Positions 1-12,495 of a stretch of DNA of 64,000 nucleotides are shown in pieces (position 1 is the first letter of the stretch; the number at the start of each line of letters is the position of its first letter). Both the position numbers and the translations under genes were made by a program. This stretch comes from Mobula hypostoma (taxonomy: Eukaryota). The notes under the pieces are model-generated. The model saw only the letters and a list, made by a program, of their open reading frames with translations. It ran no database searches and had not been told where the DNA came from. The stretch lies in NCBI RefSeq assembly GCF_963921235.1, contig NC_086097.1, forward strand, positions 177,508,001 to 177,572,000, given 5' to 3'.

Positions 1-260
1 GAATAGATTAGGGCTTCATTCCTTGGAATGTAGAAGATTAAGGGAAATTTGATAGAGATGTACAAAATCATGAGGGGTATAGTTAGGATAAATGCAAGTA
101 GGCTTTTTCCACCGAGGTTGGGTAAGACTACAACTTGAGGTGAGATGTTTAAGGGGAACATGAGAGGAAACTTCACTCAGAGTAGGGAGAGTGCGGGGGA
201 ACATTTGAGAGAAGTTTGGATAGGTATATGGATGGTAGGCGCCATGAAGGGCTATGTGAA
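1..260 (+). mobile_element. Degraded CR1-like LINE, 3' end of ORF2 (runs off window start)
   Basis: Encodes RLGLHSLECRRLRGNLIEMYKIMRG, the CR1 ORF2 C-terminal motif repeated many times in this window; boundaries approximate. Confidence 0.7.
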
Positions 261-1049
261 ATTCTACCTGTAAAATAAAATTCGATTTTACGTTGAGGAC
301 TTCTACAGAGCATTGTTCATAGAAATTCGGATGTTGGGGAGGTATGCACCAGTGATGTGTTGGGCTGAATTCACTACTCCTTACAGCTTATGTTGCCATG
401 CATTCGTATTTCTGTACTGGACCACAATGCACCTTCCAAACCTGCAATCTCTCCCATTAAGGAGGGCAGCAGCCCTGTGAGAAATCCACCCCCCACCCCC
501 ACGATATGTTAACTCCATCCTGACTCCTGACTTGAAAGTAAATTGCTGATCTTTCATTGTTGCTGGGTCTGTATTCTGGAACTCCCTCCCCAAATGGAGT
601 CAGAGTTCCTACACCTGGAGGTTCACAAAGTAACCTCACCAGACAGGGAAAAACATTATCTTTCAGGGGAGTCTGTTTTGGAACTTACTGGGAAAATACA
701 ATGAGTCAGTTGAACAGACCATACATGTAGGAAAAAAAAGATTCTAAAATTGAAATTAAAATTAAAATTGAAATGTGTGAAGACTCTTTAGAGACCCAGC
801 AAACCATCGAAACCATTCCCACTATCATTTAGTTGCATATTACAAAGCAGGCTTAAAGGAATGAACTTTGAATAAACCAGCTGGAAAATCCACATCTAAA
901 TTCAAATAGAATGTTTTTCAAAGGCCTGGTGTTAAAGACAAAGAGGGTGTTCTGTGGAATCATTTAAGAATTTGTTGGGTAAAATGTAGGCAGGGACAGG
1001 AAGTTAACTTGGAATGAGAGTCAGGAAATTATTTTGCAGGTATATTATA

Positions 1050-1470
1050 CTTTTCCTTAGGTCACATTTGGCATATTTTGTAAATTCTGGTTGCCCATTA
1101 TGGGAAGGATTAATGTGGAGGCTTGGAGAGTGCAGAAGAGGTTCACCACTGGGATTAGAGGGCGATAGCTGTAAAGAGCAGACAGACAGGTTTGGGTTGT
1201 TTTCTTTGGAGCATAGGAGGCTGAGGGGCCCGTCAAATAAGTTTATATAAAAACAGGAGAGGATAAGATCAGGTAGACAGTCTGCCTTCTCCCCAGGGTA
1301 GACAAGTCAAGTATTAGAAGACATGCATTTAAGGTGAGATGGGTGTGGGACAATTTTATTACATGAGTGGTGGGTGCCTGGTACAGGCTGCTGTGGTGGT
1401 GGTGACAGGTACGATAATGCGTGTATTAGACTCATGAATGTGCAGGGAATGGAGGATTATATACAGGCAA
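1050..1470 (+). mobile_element. Degraded CR1-like LINE 3' fragment
   Basis: RSHLAYFV..FGLFSLEHRRLRG motif remnants; boundaries approximate. Confidence 0.65.
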
Positions 1471-1684
1471 CATTAACCAGCCCCACTGTTTCAACTATCA
1501 GGGCAACTCAATGTCATGAAAAGCATGCTATTGAAATACAAGTTTAATAGCTTAGTGTACACTGCCATCATTGTCAAGATAATGGAGACACTAGTCTGAA
1601 TCCTAACACAACTATTGATGTACTTTAACTGCGCATCCACTTGAGCTGCTGCCTCACAGTCCCAGTGACATGGGCTCAATCCGG

Positions 1685-4600
1685 GAAGTTTTTACTTCCG
1701 GGGCGCCTAGGCGCGACTCGAGTAGCAGCAGTACTCTCGATGGATACGATTAAATATTACCGTTTCAGCCTGATAGAGCTAAAAACCAAGGTCAGTACAA
1801 TAAACAAAGATGTCTTAATGCATTCAAACGATTCATCGCTGCTTAAAACCGACGGAAACAACACCAATTGTGGTCGGAAGTGCCCTCGGAGGAAGTGCGG
1901 GTGTAGATCGGGGTTACAAGGTGTGTTTAAGGAAACGGGGGGTTTAAACTCCCTATACCGACTATCTTACTGGCGAACATGCAGATTCTGGTGAATAAAA
2001 TCAATGATCTCAGAGCTAGGGTGCTGAATCAGAGGGACATTAGGACCATGTGTGTCCTTTGTTTCACAGAATCCTGGTTAACCCCTTCCATACTGGATGC
2101 AATGATCCAGATCAATGGGTTTACTGTACACAGTCGGGATAGATTTATAGAGCCTCTCAAAAGCAGAGATGGAGGAGTATGCCTCATGATCAACTCTTCT
2201 TGGTGCACAATGTCACGTGACTGGCAACAATGAAGATCAATTGAGTCAGGTTTTATAAAAACAAACATTTATTAAACTCTGCTCAGCAATAGCGAAAAAT
2301 ATTCAAACGACTAATTTAACCCGGAAGTTAACTGCTATACGGCAACTCTGGAACAGTTCTTAAAAGCATAAATGTGAAAACAGTTCTTAAAGTGGTAAAT
2401 TCGAAAGTCCAAGAGATTTGTCCAGTCAATTAGGAGAGACTTTACTGAAGTAAAGAATTCCTCGAAGACGTGACGTTACTGCTGATCCCAGCCGGAACCT
2501 GCCTTGTCCGCAGGATTCACGACGACGGAAATAAAACAGTTTAAAGGAACTGACCTTTTCCTCTGGAGAATAGACACTGCACAATCCTTCCTGCTTTAGC
2601 AGAGGATATTTCAAAATGCAGGTCACTATTTCGTGAACGAAGATTCAATAAAGGTCGATGCTCTCCAAAACCACCGAACGACATCAGCTTTACTCGACTC
2701 TGCGAGTTCCTGTCCTTTAGTAAGGTCTTCACCCTCCAATACTACTTAAAATAGAAAGTAGAACTTCACTTTAAAAGAAAACTGCGTCATAAGATGAATA
2801 TGCAGCGTAACGGAGTATCTGACGAATTAAATAACGAACTAAACTTAAAAGTCAACTGGAAAAACTAACCGCGTCACACCAGGGGTGTCCCCTTAAATAT
2901 CTGGTGAGAACATGTCATCATGTGACCTTACATCGACAGGAAAATTACATCATGTGACCTCCACAAGACCATTACATCATGCTCTTCAGATACTCAATTA
3001 TTTCATGGTCATAAGACAGTCACAAGATACCCATGAGGTATGTAACAACAAATACATCAGTGCTGTCCCAATTCTGCTCACTAGACTTGGAATATCTAGC
3101 AGTAAAGTGCCATTCTTTTTGCCAACCACACGAGTTATCTGGGGTCGTCCTGGTAGCAGTTTTCATTCCACCTCAAGCCAATGTCAAGCTGGCTTTAGAC
3201 GATCTGAGTAATGGGATCAACATGCCCGAAACAGCGCACCCTAACGCCTTCACCATTGTTTTGGGAGATTTTAACAAGTCCAGTCTGAAAAAAATCACTA
3301 AGCAATTACCATCAATAGATCACTTGCAATACCAGAGGAAACAACACACTGGACCATTGCTACACCACCATCAAGAATGCCTACTGTGCTATTCCACGCC
3401 CTCACTTCGGGAAGTCTGATCACCTGGCTCTACTTCTACTCCGAGTATAGGCAGAGACTGAAAACTGCACCACCAAGAAGGTATGGACAAGGGAAACACA
3501 GGAGCACCTACAGGACTGCTTTAAATTGGTGGACTGGACTGTATTCAGGGATTCATCTTCGAACCTGGATGAGTATGCTGCAGTTGTTACCGACTTCATT
3601 AAACCCTGTGTGGATGAGTGTGTGCCCACAAAGACTTATTGTACATTCCCAAACCAAAAGCCGTGGATGAACCAGGAGGTATGTCATCGGCTGAAGGCTA
3701 GATCTGTGGCATTCAAGTCTGGCGACCCAGGCCTGTACCAGAAAACCGGGTAAGATTTGTGGAGGGCTAGTCAAGGGCAAAGGGACAATTTCGAAGGAGG
3801 TTGGGGGCAACATCGGATGCACGGCAACTTTGACAGGGTCTGCAAGACAACACTTTCTACAAAGCGATGTTTCACTACCAGGTGAACTCAACACCTTCTA
3901 TGCACGTTTTGAAAGGGAGAACACAACTACAGCTGTGAAGATCCCTGCTGCACCTGATGACCCTGTGCTCTCCATCTCAGAGGCCCATGTTAGGCTGTCT
4001 TTAAAGAGAGTGAACCCTCGCAAGGCAGAAGGTCCCGATGGAATACATGGTAAGGCTCTGAAAACCTGTGCCAACCAACTAGCGGGAGTATTCGAGGTCA
4101 TTTTCAACCTCTCACTGCTACGGGCGGAAGTTCCCACTTGCTTCAAAAAGACAACAATTATACCAGTGTCTTAAGAAGAATAATGTGGGCTGCCTTAATG
4201 ACTATCGCCCGGTAGCACTCACATCTTTAGTGATGAAATGCTTTGAGAGGTTGGTCATGACTAGACTGAACTCCTGACCCACCAAGGACCTCTACCCATT
4301 GTAGTTTGCCTATCGCCGCAATAGGTCAATGACAGATGCAATCTCAATGGATCTCCAGATGGCTTTAGACCACCTAGACAACACAAACACCTACGTCAGG
4401 TTGCTGTTCATCGACTATAGCTCAGCATTTAATGCCTTCATTTCCACAATCCTGATTGAAAAGCTGTAGAACTTTATACTTTATTGTCGCCAAACAATTG
4501 ATGCTAGAACGTAAATCATCATAGCGATATTTGATTCTACGTTTCCCTCTCCCTGGATTACAAACCTGGGCTTCTGTACCTCTCTCTGCAATTGGATCCT

Positions 4601-5640
4601 CGACTTTCTAATCGGAAGATCACAATCTGTGCGGATTGGTGATAACATATCCTCCTTACTGACGGAACGACACTGGCGCACCTCAGGGTGTGCGCTTAGC
4701 CCACTGCTCTACTCTCTATATACGCATGACTGTGTGGCTAGGCATAGCTCAAATACCATCTATAAATTAGCTGATGATACAACCATTGTTGGTAGAATCT
4801 CGGGTGGTGATGAGAGGGTGTACAGGAGTGAGATATGCCAACTAGTGGAGTGGTGTCGCAGCAACAACCTGGCACTCAACATCAGTAAGACAAAAGCTGA
4901 TTGTGGACTTCAGGAAGGGTAAGAGGAAGGAACACATACCAATCCTCAGAGGGATCAAAAGTGGAGAGAGAGCTGTTTCAAGCTCCTGGGTGTCAAGACC
5001 TCTGAGGATCTAACCTGGTCCCAACATATCGACGTAGTTATAAAGAAGGCAAGGCAGCAGCTATACTTTATTAGGAGTCAACAAATACACTCAAAAACTT
5101 CTATAATTGTCCCGTGGAGGGCATTCTGACAGGCTGCATCACTGTTTAGTATTGAGGGGCTACTGCACAGGACCAAAAGAAGCTGCAGAAGGTTGTAAAT
5201 CTAGTCAGCTCCATCTTGGGTACAAGCCTACAAAGTACGCAGGACATCTTTGGGGAGCAGTGTCTCAGAAAGGCAGCGTCCATTATTAAGGACCTCCAGC
5301 ACCCAGGGCATGCCCTTTTCTCACTGTTACCATCAGGTAGGAGATACAAAAGCCTGACGGCACACACTCAGCGATTCAGCAACAGCTTCTTCCTCTCTGC
5401 CATCCGATTCCTAAATGGTCATTGAATCTTTGGATACCACCTCACTTTTTTAAATATACAGTATTTCTGTTTTTGCATGTTTTTTAAATCTATTCAATAT
5501 ACGTAATTGATTTACTTGTTTATTTATTATTTTATTATTTTTTTTTCTCTGCTAGATTATGTATTGCATTGAACTGCTGCTGCTAAGTTAACAAATTTCA
5601 CGTCACATGCCGGTGATAATAAACCTGATTCAGATCCTGA
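1685..5640 (+). mobile_element. Near full-length, frameshifted Rex1/Babar-like LINE (APE endonuclease + RT), interrupted by a solo LTR
   Basis: ORF pieces [102 protein letters not shown]; ends AATAAACCTGATTCAGATCCTGAT (short tandem tail). Confidence 0.85.
2211..3047 (-). mobile_element. Solo LTR (837 bp), copy 1
   Basis: TGTCAC...GTAACA termini; 4-bp TSD ACAA (2207-2210, 3048-3051); removing it restores the Rex1 frame W-C-T-N-T-S-V-L; AATAAA on the minus strand near 2267-2272; homologous copy at 53747-54564. Confidence 0.85.
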
Positions 5641-5649
5641 TCCAATGGG

Positions 5650-5880
5650 AAGTGTGTGATTTTTCTCCCTGTGGTTGCTCCCGTTTCCTTCAAAAAATGT
5701 GCTGTTTGGTTGGCTAATTGTTGGCTGCTGTGCACTACACCTAGTGAATCAGTGAGGGATTGAATGTGGGGGAGGCAGATGAGAATGTGGAGAGAAGAGA
5801 GAACGATTGTTACTTCAGGATTAACTGCTTGATTGTGTGCAATGACTCAGTAGGCCGATGATCCTCTTTCCATGCTGGTT
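5650..5880 (+). mobile_element. V-SINE/HE1-like tRNA-derived SINE, 3' part (5' part at about 1643-1682)
   Basis: TTCTCCCTGTGG..TCCCGTTTCCT..GGCTAATTG..GAGAATGTGG resembles the SINE copies at 23553, 43260, 50400 and 55455. Confidence 0.55.
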
Positions 5881-6369
5881 TAATTTAAGTTGGACATTTG
5901 ACTTCACATTCAGTCTCGTTATGACCTTGCGTTTACTGTTTACCTGAACTCCCCTTTCTCTGTAGCTGTAACACTTAATTCTGCATAATACCTTGTACGA
6001 CCTTAAATTCACTGTGCAATGACCAGATTGGTGTGAACAGTATGCAAGACAGGGTTTTCACTGTACCTCAGAACACGTGACAATTATAAACCAATTCTAA
6101 TTACGTTTGGTTAATTTAGGAAAGGAATAAAAATCTGGGTTGAGTAACATTGACTCTGAAACTACCAGATTGTCACAGAAACCTGTCTGGTTCAGTAGCA
6201 TTGCTTGGACAAGGAAATCTGCCACCCTTACCCCATCCTCGCGGAGAAAAATAGTAATGGCAGTAGACCACTTCCACCTCTCTTCACTATGTTGTGCAGC
6301 CATTTCTCATCCCAACACCATATTCCTGTTGTCGTCTTGTACCCCTTGATGCCTTTTCCAGATTGGAGA

Positions 6370-7250
6370 AACATGTTCTCAACACTACCATACATATCGG
6401 TAGAGTCCACAGGAGGTCCTGCCCCAAGGTGGCAATGTCCACCACCAGTGATCCCACCCTGCGGGCGGGCCATGGTACATTCTCATAGCTGTCATCAGTC
6501 AGGTTGCACAGAAACCTGAAGTCTCTCACCACCAGGTTCAAGAACAGCTACATCCATTCAATCGTTCAGTTCTTCAACCATCTAGCACAATCCTAATCAC
6601 AAAGTACAGAGTAAATTTATTATCAAAGTATGTATATGTTACCATATACTACCCTGAGATTCATTTTCTTGCGGGCATTTATAGTAGAACGAAGAAGTAC
6701 AGTGGAGTCAATGAAAAGTTACACAGCAGCAAAGGCTGACAAGCAACCAATGTGCAAAAGATAGACCGGGCATAGGCAAAAATAAATAAATAATACCGAG
6801 AGCATGAGTTGTAGATTCCTTGAAAGTGAGTCCATAGATTGTGGAATCGATTCAGTGTTGAGGTGAGTAAAGTTACCCACGCTGGTTCAGGAGCCTGATG
6901 GTTGAAGGGCAATAACCTGAACTTGCTGATGTGGGACTTGCTGTAAGATTCCTGAATTTCTTTCCTGAAGGCAGCAGTGAGAAGAGAACATAGCCTGGAT
7001 GGTGTTGGTCCTTGATGAGGGTAGAAACACTATGACCACTGATCACTGCATTAAAATGGACTTTGTTTATTATTTTTCTAATTCTGTCCTTTTTTGTAAA
7101 AAAAAACATATATAATTGATGTTTAATTATGTTTTTCTTGTGAATGCTGCTTTTATGATGATTATGTACCAGTGATGCTGCTAGATGTAAGTTTTTCATT
7201 GCATCTATGCATATATGAACTGGTACATATTGACAATAAACTCCACTTTA
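6370..7250. mobile_element. Cluster of Rex1-like 3' end fragments in both orientations
   Basis: HPGYVLFSLLPSGKKFRNL on the minus strand (6873-7199 ORF) and similar 3'UTR pieces on plus. Confidence 0.55.
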
Positions 7251-8679
7251 AGTTTTCAGATTCTTGTGTTTTAATGCGATTACCTCTCACTCTTTTACAC
7301 TCCAATGAATATAGATACAACCTCAGTCCTTTACTCACTTATTCCTCCCTCACAAGACTAGTCTCTCCATGCCGGAAATCAGCTTTGTGAACCTCCTCTG
7401 AAGTTGAGTGGAGTTTATTGTCATGTGCACAAGTGCAGTAATGTTCAGGCACAATAAAAAAAAACTTGCTTTCAGCAGCTTCACAGGCACATAGGTACAG
7501 AAAACACATAGAATATAAATTATACAAAAAGAGAGAGGGGAAAGATTAGCTTTAGATTCGGGTTTTGTTTTTGAATAATTAGAGTCAAGTACCTGGTAGT
7601 ATAAGGTTGTCTGTAGTGTTAGAGTTGTGGTCAGTTTAATAACTTGTGGGTTGTAGGAATATAGTTTTGAATTGGGGTCCAGATTGGAGTTTTTTTCTTC
7701 CAGTTTTAGATTTCTTTTTGCTTACTCGTATATTTGTGTAATCACCTATTTGTAAACTTTCAGTAATTTTTATTTTGGCGCTACATTTCTGTACCTTCTT
7801 GGTAAGTCGTAGGGCACCTGTTAACCGGGATCCATAACTGGCTTAGACCGGTTTGTGATACAAAGGAAGAACATGTGCCTGAGTTCCTTTGTTACTATCT
7901 TACTTGCCTTGCTTGCTGCTGCTGACTGGCATTACTTGACCTGTAACGAACTGCAGTGGCTGCAAGCATAAGATTTGCCCCTCATTCTTGACTTCCAAAG
8001 AACCTCCTGGGCAACATCAGCTCCACATGTAACAGAAGTTATTCTTGAACCTGATGGTGCGAGACTCAAGGCTCTATACCTGCTGCTCGGTGAAATCATT
8101 GAGATCAGGGCATGACCCGAATGGGAGGCTACCTGGATAATGGAAATAAATACCTCCCTTGAGCTCCTGCACCTCTGTAGGAAGTGGGGGCCGTAGAGAG
8201 CAAGTACTACATTTAATCAGAGAGCCAGCGGAGGTGGTGTGATGTAGGATTCAAGAGGAATGCTGCTTGTGGACTGTGGTTTTACAATATGATAACTAGT
8301 TTGCAAGATTTAGAAACTATTTTTACAGAGACTTGTGCACTGTTTTCTGTAAAATTCTGGAGCGCCTTTAAGACTCCATTAAATTAAAACCTTGCATTCA
8401 ATGGTTTACTGTATAAATATACCCATACAGATCCTTAAGCTTTATTAACCCAGTGGCCTCAATGAACTGTAGCTCTTTAGCACAACGTAGTAGATATTGT
8501 GTCTGCAATAACTGAAGGATTATACTTACCTTCACAGTGGCTTAGTTGGCAGTTCTCTTGCCTTGGACTTGGAAGATGGTGGGGTTGATTTCCATTCTGT
8601 AAAACAAAGCAGCAAAACCAGAGCTGGTGGGAGCAGTGTGCTATGTGTGGGTTGTCTTGACTGAGCTATTCGACCAAAG

Positions 8680-9400
8680 TTGTAGAGTCACGGGGCAATA
8701 CAACACAGAAACGGTCCCTTTGACCCAAACAGTCCATGCTGACCACTTTGTCCACTCAGCTAGTCCCAGTTTCCCATGTTCAGTCCATGTCCCTCGGAGC
8801 CCAGCCACCTCCCCCATGTAACTATCCAAGTGCTTCTTAAATGATACTGTTGTTCCTACCTCAACCACTTCCTCTGGCATTTCGTTCCATATACTCACCA
8901 CCCTCTGCATGGAAAAAGTTGCCCCTCAGGTCCCTTTTAAATCTTTCCCCCTCACCCTAAATCAATGCCCCCCTCACTTTTGACTCCCCTACCCTGGAGA
9001 AAAGCCTGGTACCATCCATCCTATGCATGTTTCAAAGAACTTTAGACATTTCTATAAGGTTGCTCCTTTTCTCTTATGTTCCAAGGTATAAAGAATTAAC
9101 TTGACTAACCTCTCCCTATAACTCAGGCCCTCTAGTCTGGCAACGTTTTTACAAACTTTCTCAGTACTCTTTCCAGTTCAATTACATCTGTCCTATAACA
9201 AGGTGACCAAAACTGTACACAGTACTGCCAAGATGTGGTCTCACCAACAACTTGTATAACTGCAAGATAATGTCCCAGCTCCTAAACTCATTGCCCTGAC
9301 AGATGAAGTCCAGCATGCTAAGTGCCTTTTTCATCACCCTGTCTACCTGTATTGTTGCTTTCAACAAGCTATGCACTTGTACCTCCTACTCGGTCTGTTC
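8680..9400 (-). mobile_element. CR1-like LINE 3' fragment
   Basis: QRVVSIWNEMPEEVVE and LQLYKLLVRPHL motifs on the minus strand. Confidence 0.75.
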
Positions 9401-9619
9401 CATTACACAAGGCCAAATGATAATTCCTTTAAAAGAAGATCTTGAGTTCTTGACCCTGCCAATATTTCTATATCTGTCCATCGACTGGATGTGATCCAAT
9501 CCAATTTTGGCTGTTGCCCTTCCATACTAAATAGCGGCCAGACTTTTAAAATGCATCATTGTCTATCAAGCATGTACAAATGATGTGAAAGAGTATGGAA
9601 ATGCAGGATGATTCCTTAT

Positions 9620-10190
9620 GACTGGGTACTAGTAATTGTTTAATTACTGTCACTTGTACTAAGATTTTGCCTGCATGCCATCCAGTTTGTTCCATACGTA
9701 AGTATACCGAGGTGGTACAAAAGAAAAACAATGCAGAATATAGTGTTACAGTTACAGCGAAAGCACAGTATGGGCAGACAAAGTGCAAGAGCCACGACAG
9801 GGTAGACTGAGAGATCAAAAATTGTTCATTCAGGACTGTGATAACAGTGTGATAGAAGCTGTCCTTGAGCATGGTGGTACGTGCCTTTAGTCTTTTGTAT
9901 CTTCTACCTGATGGGAGAGCGAGGAGAAGATAATGTCCAGAGTGGGTGGGGTCTTTGATTATATTGGCTGCTTTTCCAAGCCAGTGGGAATTGTGGACAG
10001 ACTCCACTGGGCTGCACTGCATTTTCTTTGCACTGTGTTGTCTACCTACACTGCACTTTCTCTGTTACTGCACTGCATTCTGTTATTGTTTACCTCGCTG
10101 CATATTGTAATGACATGATCTGTATGGATGGTATGCAAGACAAGTTTTTCACTGTACTTTGGTACCTGTGACAATAATAAACCAGCTTAC
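9620..10190. mobile_element. Rex1-like 3' fragments (minus, then plus)
   Basis: KAANIIKDPTHSGHYLLLALPSGRRYKRLKART on the minus strand. Confidence 0.6.
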
Positions 10191-10298
10191 TACTTCACGT
10201 GCAGTTTCTTGTGGTCTTGGGCAGAGCAATTCCCATTGCTGTAGCTCCCTTTAGCTGGGATTGGGTGCTTTCAGTGGCAATAAGTTTTAAAAAAAAAT

Positions 10299-10950
10299 AT
10301 AGAAACATAGAAAATAGGTGCGGGAGTAGGCCATTCAGCCCTTCGAGCCTGCACCATCATTCAGTATGATCATGGCTGATCATCCAACTCAGAACCCTGT
10401 ACCTGCCTTCTCTCCATACTCCCTGATCCCTTTAGCCACAAGGGCCATATCTAACTCCCTCTTAAATATAGCCAATGAACTGGCCTCAACTGTTTCCTGT
10501 GGCAGAGAATTCCACAGATTCACCACTCTCTGTGTGAAGAAGTTTTTCCTAATCTTGGTCCTAGAAGGCTTCCCCTTTATCCTTAAACTGTGGTTCCTCA
10601 TTCTGGACTTCCCCAACATCGGGAACAATCTTCCTGCATCTAGCTTATCCAGTCCCTTTAGGATTTTATACGTTTCAACAAGATCCCCCCTCAATCTTCT
10701 AAATTCCAATGAGTATAAGCCTAGTCGATCCAGTCTTTCATCATATGAAAGTCCTGCCATACCGGGAATCAATCTGGTGAACCTTGTTCGTACTCCCTCT
10801 ATGGCAAGAATGTCTTAGGGGACCAAAACTGCACACAATACTCCAGGTGTGGTCTCACCAAGGCCTTGTGCAACTGCAGTAATACCTCCCTGCTCCTGTA
10901 CTCGAATCCTCTTGCTATGAATGCCAGCATACCATTCGCCTTTTTCACCG
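10299..10950 (-). mobile_element. Young 5'-truncated CR1-like LINE
   Basis: Open 127-aa ORF2 C-terminus (10389-10772); (TTTCTATG)n tail on minus; near-identical sibling at 17218-17750. Confidence 0.9.
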
Positions 10951-10982
10951 GTAATGTCTCCTATTTCTTTTTGGACAAACAG

Positions 10983-11138
10983 ATCCGATCGGACAGAGAC
11001 AAAAATCGTTCATTGCGCTACAGTGTCACCGGACCAGGAGCTGACCAACCACCAACTGGGATTTTCAGCATTAGTCCCATCTCCGGCCAGCTAGCTGTGA
11101 CCAAACCTTTGGATCGGGAGCAAATAGCTTCCTATCAT
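10983..11138 (+). CDS. cdh2: N-cadherin exon (human exon 5 equivalent), EC1
   Basis: ag|ATC...CAT|gt, 156 nt; [52 protein letters not shown]. Confidence 0.97.
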
Positions 11139-11299
11139 GTAAGCTGCTTTTTTTTTTGAGTAACATTCTAAAGTGAAGCATTTAGAAGTCAAATGTTGAC
11201 CTACAGCAGGAAGGTGAGTAGCCCAACTAATGCAGAGTGAAAGATGGCTGGGAATGGGAGGAGTTTAGAGTTGTCGGGGTCATGTAAGATGGAAATGGG

Positions 11300-12000
11300 G
11301 CATTTAGCCCGACTGGTCCTTGTCAACTATGTTGCTCAGTGAGTTAGTCACATCTGCCCACTCAACCTTCCCTGTCAACATACCAGTACAAGTATCTATT
11401 AATATTCTTATTGTACCTGCCTCGCCACTTCCTCTGGCAGCTTGTACCACCATCTGCATGAAGAAGTTGCCCCTGAGGACTCTTTTTAAATTTTCCCACC
11501 TTAATCCTATGTCTTCTAATTTTTGATTGCTCAGCCCTGGGAAAAACTGACTGTGTGCCTTCATCCCATCTGTCCTTGTCCCCGCCACTCCAACCACATG
11601 ATATTATCCACCACCATGAGGCTTGGTCTCTCACACAGCTCGGAATAAAGTTCTGACCTCTCCAGTATCTTCCTATAACTTTGGTTCTTGAATCTTGCCA
11701 ACATCCTTGTTAATCTCCTTTGTATTTTTCCCAGCTTAATGACATCTTGTCTACACACTTGCTCGTTAAATAACATCTTTCCTATAGTGGGTGACCAAAA
11801 CTGTACTCAGTTCTCCAAGCTTTGTACAACTGCAATATAACCTCCCAACTCCTATAATCCGTGCCCTGACTGATGAAGGCCAATGAGCCAGACTCCGCAA
11901 TCACCACCCAATGGACCTATGACACAACTGACAAAAGCCATATACTTGTACTCCTAGGTCTATCTGCTTTACAATGCTCCCCAGGGCCCTACAGTTCACT
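11300..12000 (-). mobile_element. Degraded CR1-like LINE 3' fragment
   Basis: QDVIKLGKIQRRLTRML and LRGNFFMQ motifs on minus. Confidence 0.65.
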
Positions 12001-12350
12001 GATTATAATTAATAAGGAATGTCCTCTTGAAGTACAGCATTGTTCTGGAGACAACTTATTGTTCCACTTACAACAGATTACAGGGTTGTAAAGCATCTTA
12101 TTGGATCTACCCATCAATCAGTCCTGGAAAGTTTTAGACTTTATCATGATGGGAAAGTTTCTGTACAGTCCAAAATGTTCTATACGCTTGCTAAATCTTA
12201 AAATGCTTGGAATCCTGAAGCATAAATGGGAACATTAGTTGGTGGGGTTTGGCAGTGGGCTGGGTGTTTTTGTTGAGACTTGGAAGGTAATGTTAAACAT
12301 GAGTTGATCTTTGTTGCTGTTGTATTTTGTCTTTTCCTCTTGTGCTGCAG

Positions 12351-12495
12351 CTCAGAGCTCATGCGGTAGACTTGAATGGGAATCAAGTGGAAAACCCCAT
12401 TGACATTGTTATAAATGTTATTGATATGAATGACAACCGACCCGAATTTCTGCATCAAATCTGGAATGGATCTGTTCCTGAAGTATCAAAGCCAG
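12351..12495 (+). CDS. cdh2: N-cadherin exon (exon 6 equivalent), EC1 HAV motif and EC1/EC2 linker
   Basis: cag|CTC...CCAG|gtatg, 145 nt; [48 protein letters not shown](G). Confidence 0.97.

Noticed and set aside
400..640. Ancient Deu-SINE or other LINE-tail remnants (similar pieces near 8530, 42900, 57130)
   Set aside because: Resemblance too weak to assign family or boundaries by eye
1..10982. Upstream cdh2 exon (prodomain / DWVIPP)
   Set aside because: No such peptide seen in the ORF track or by reading; treated as the distal part of the preceding intron
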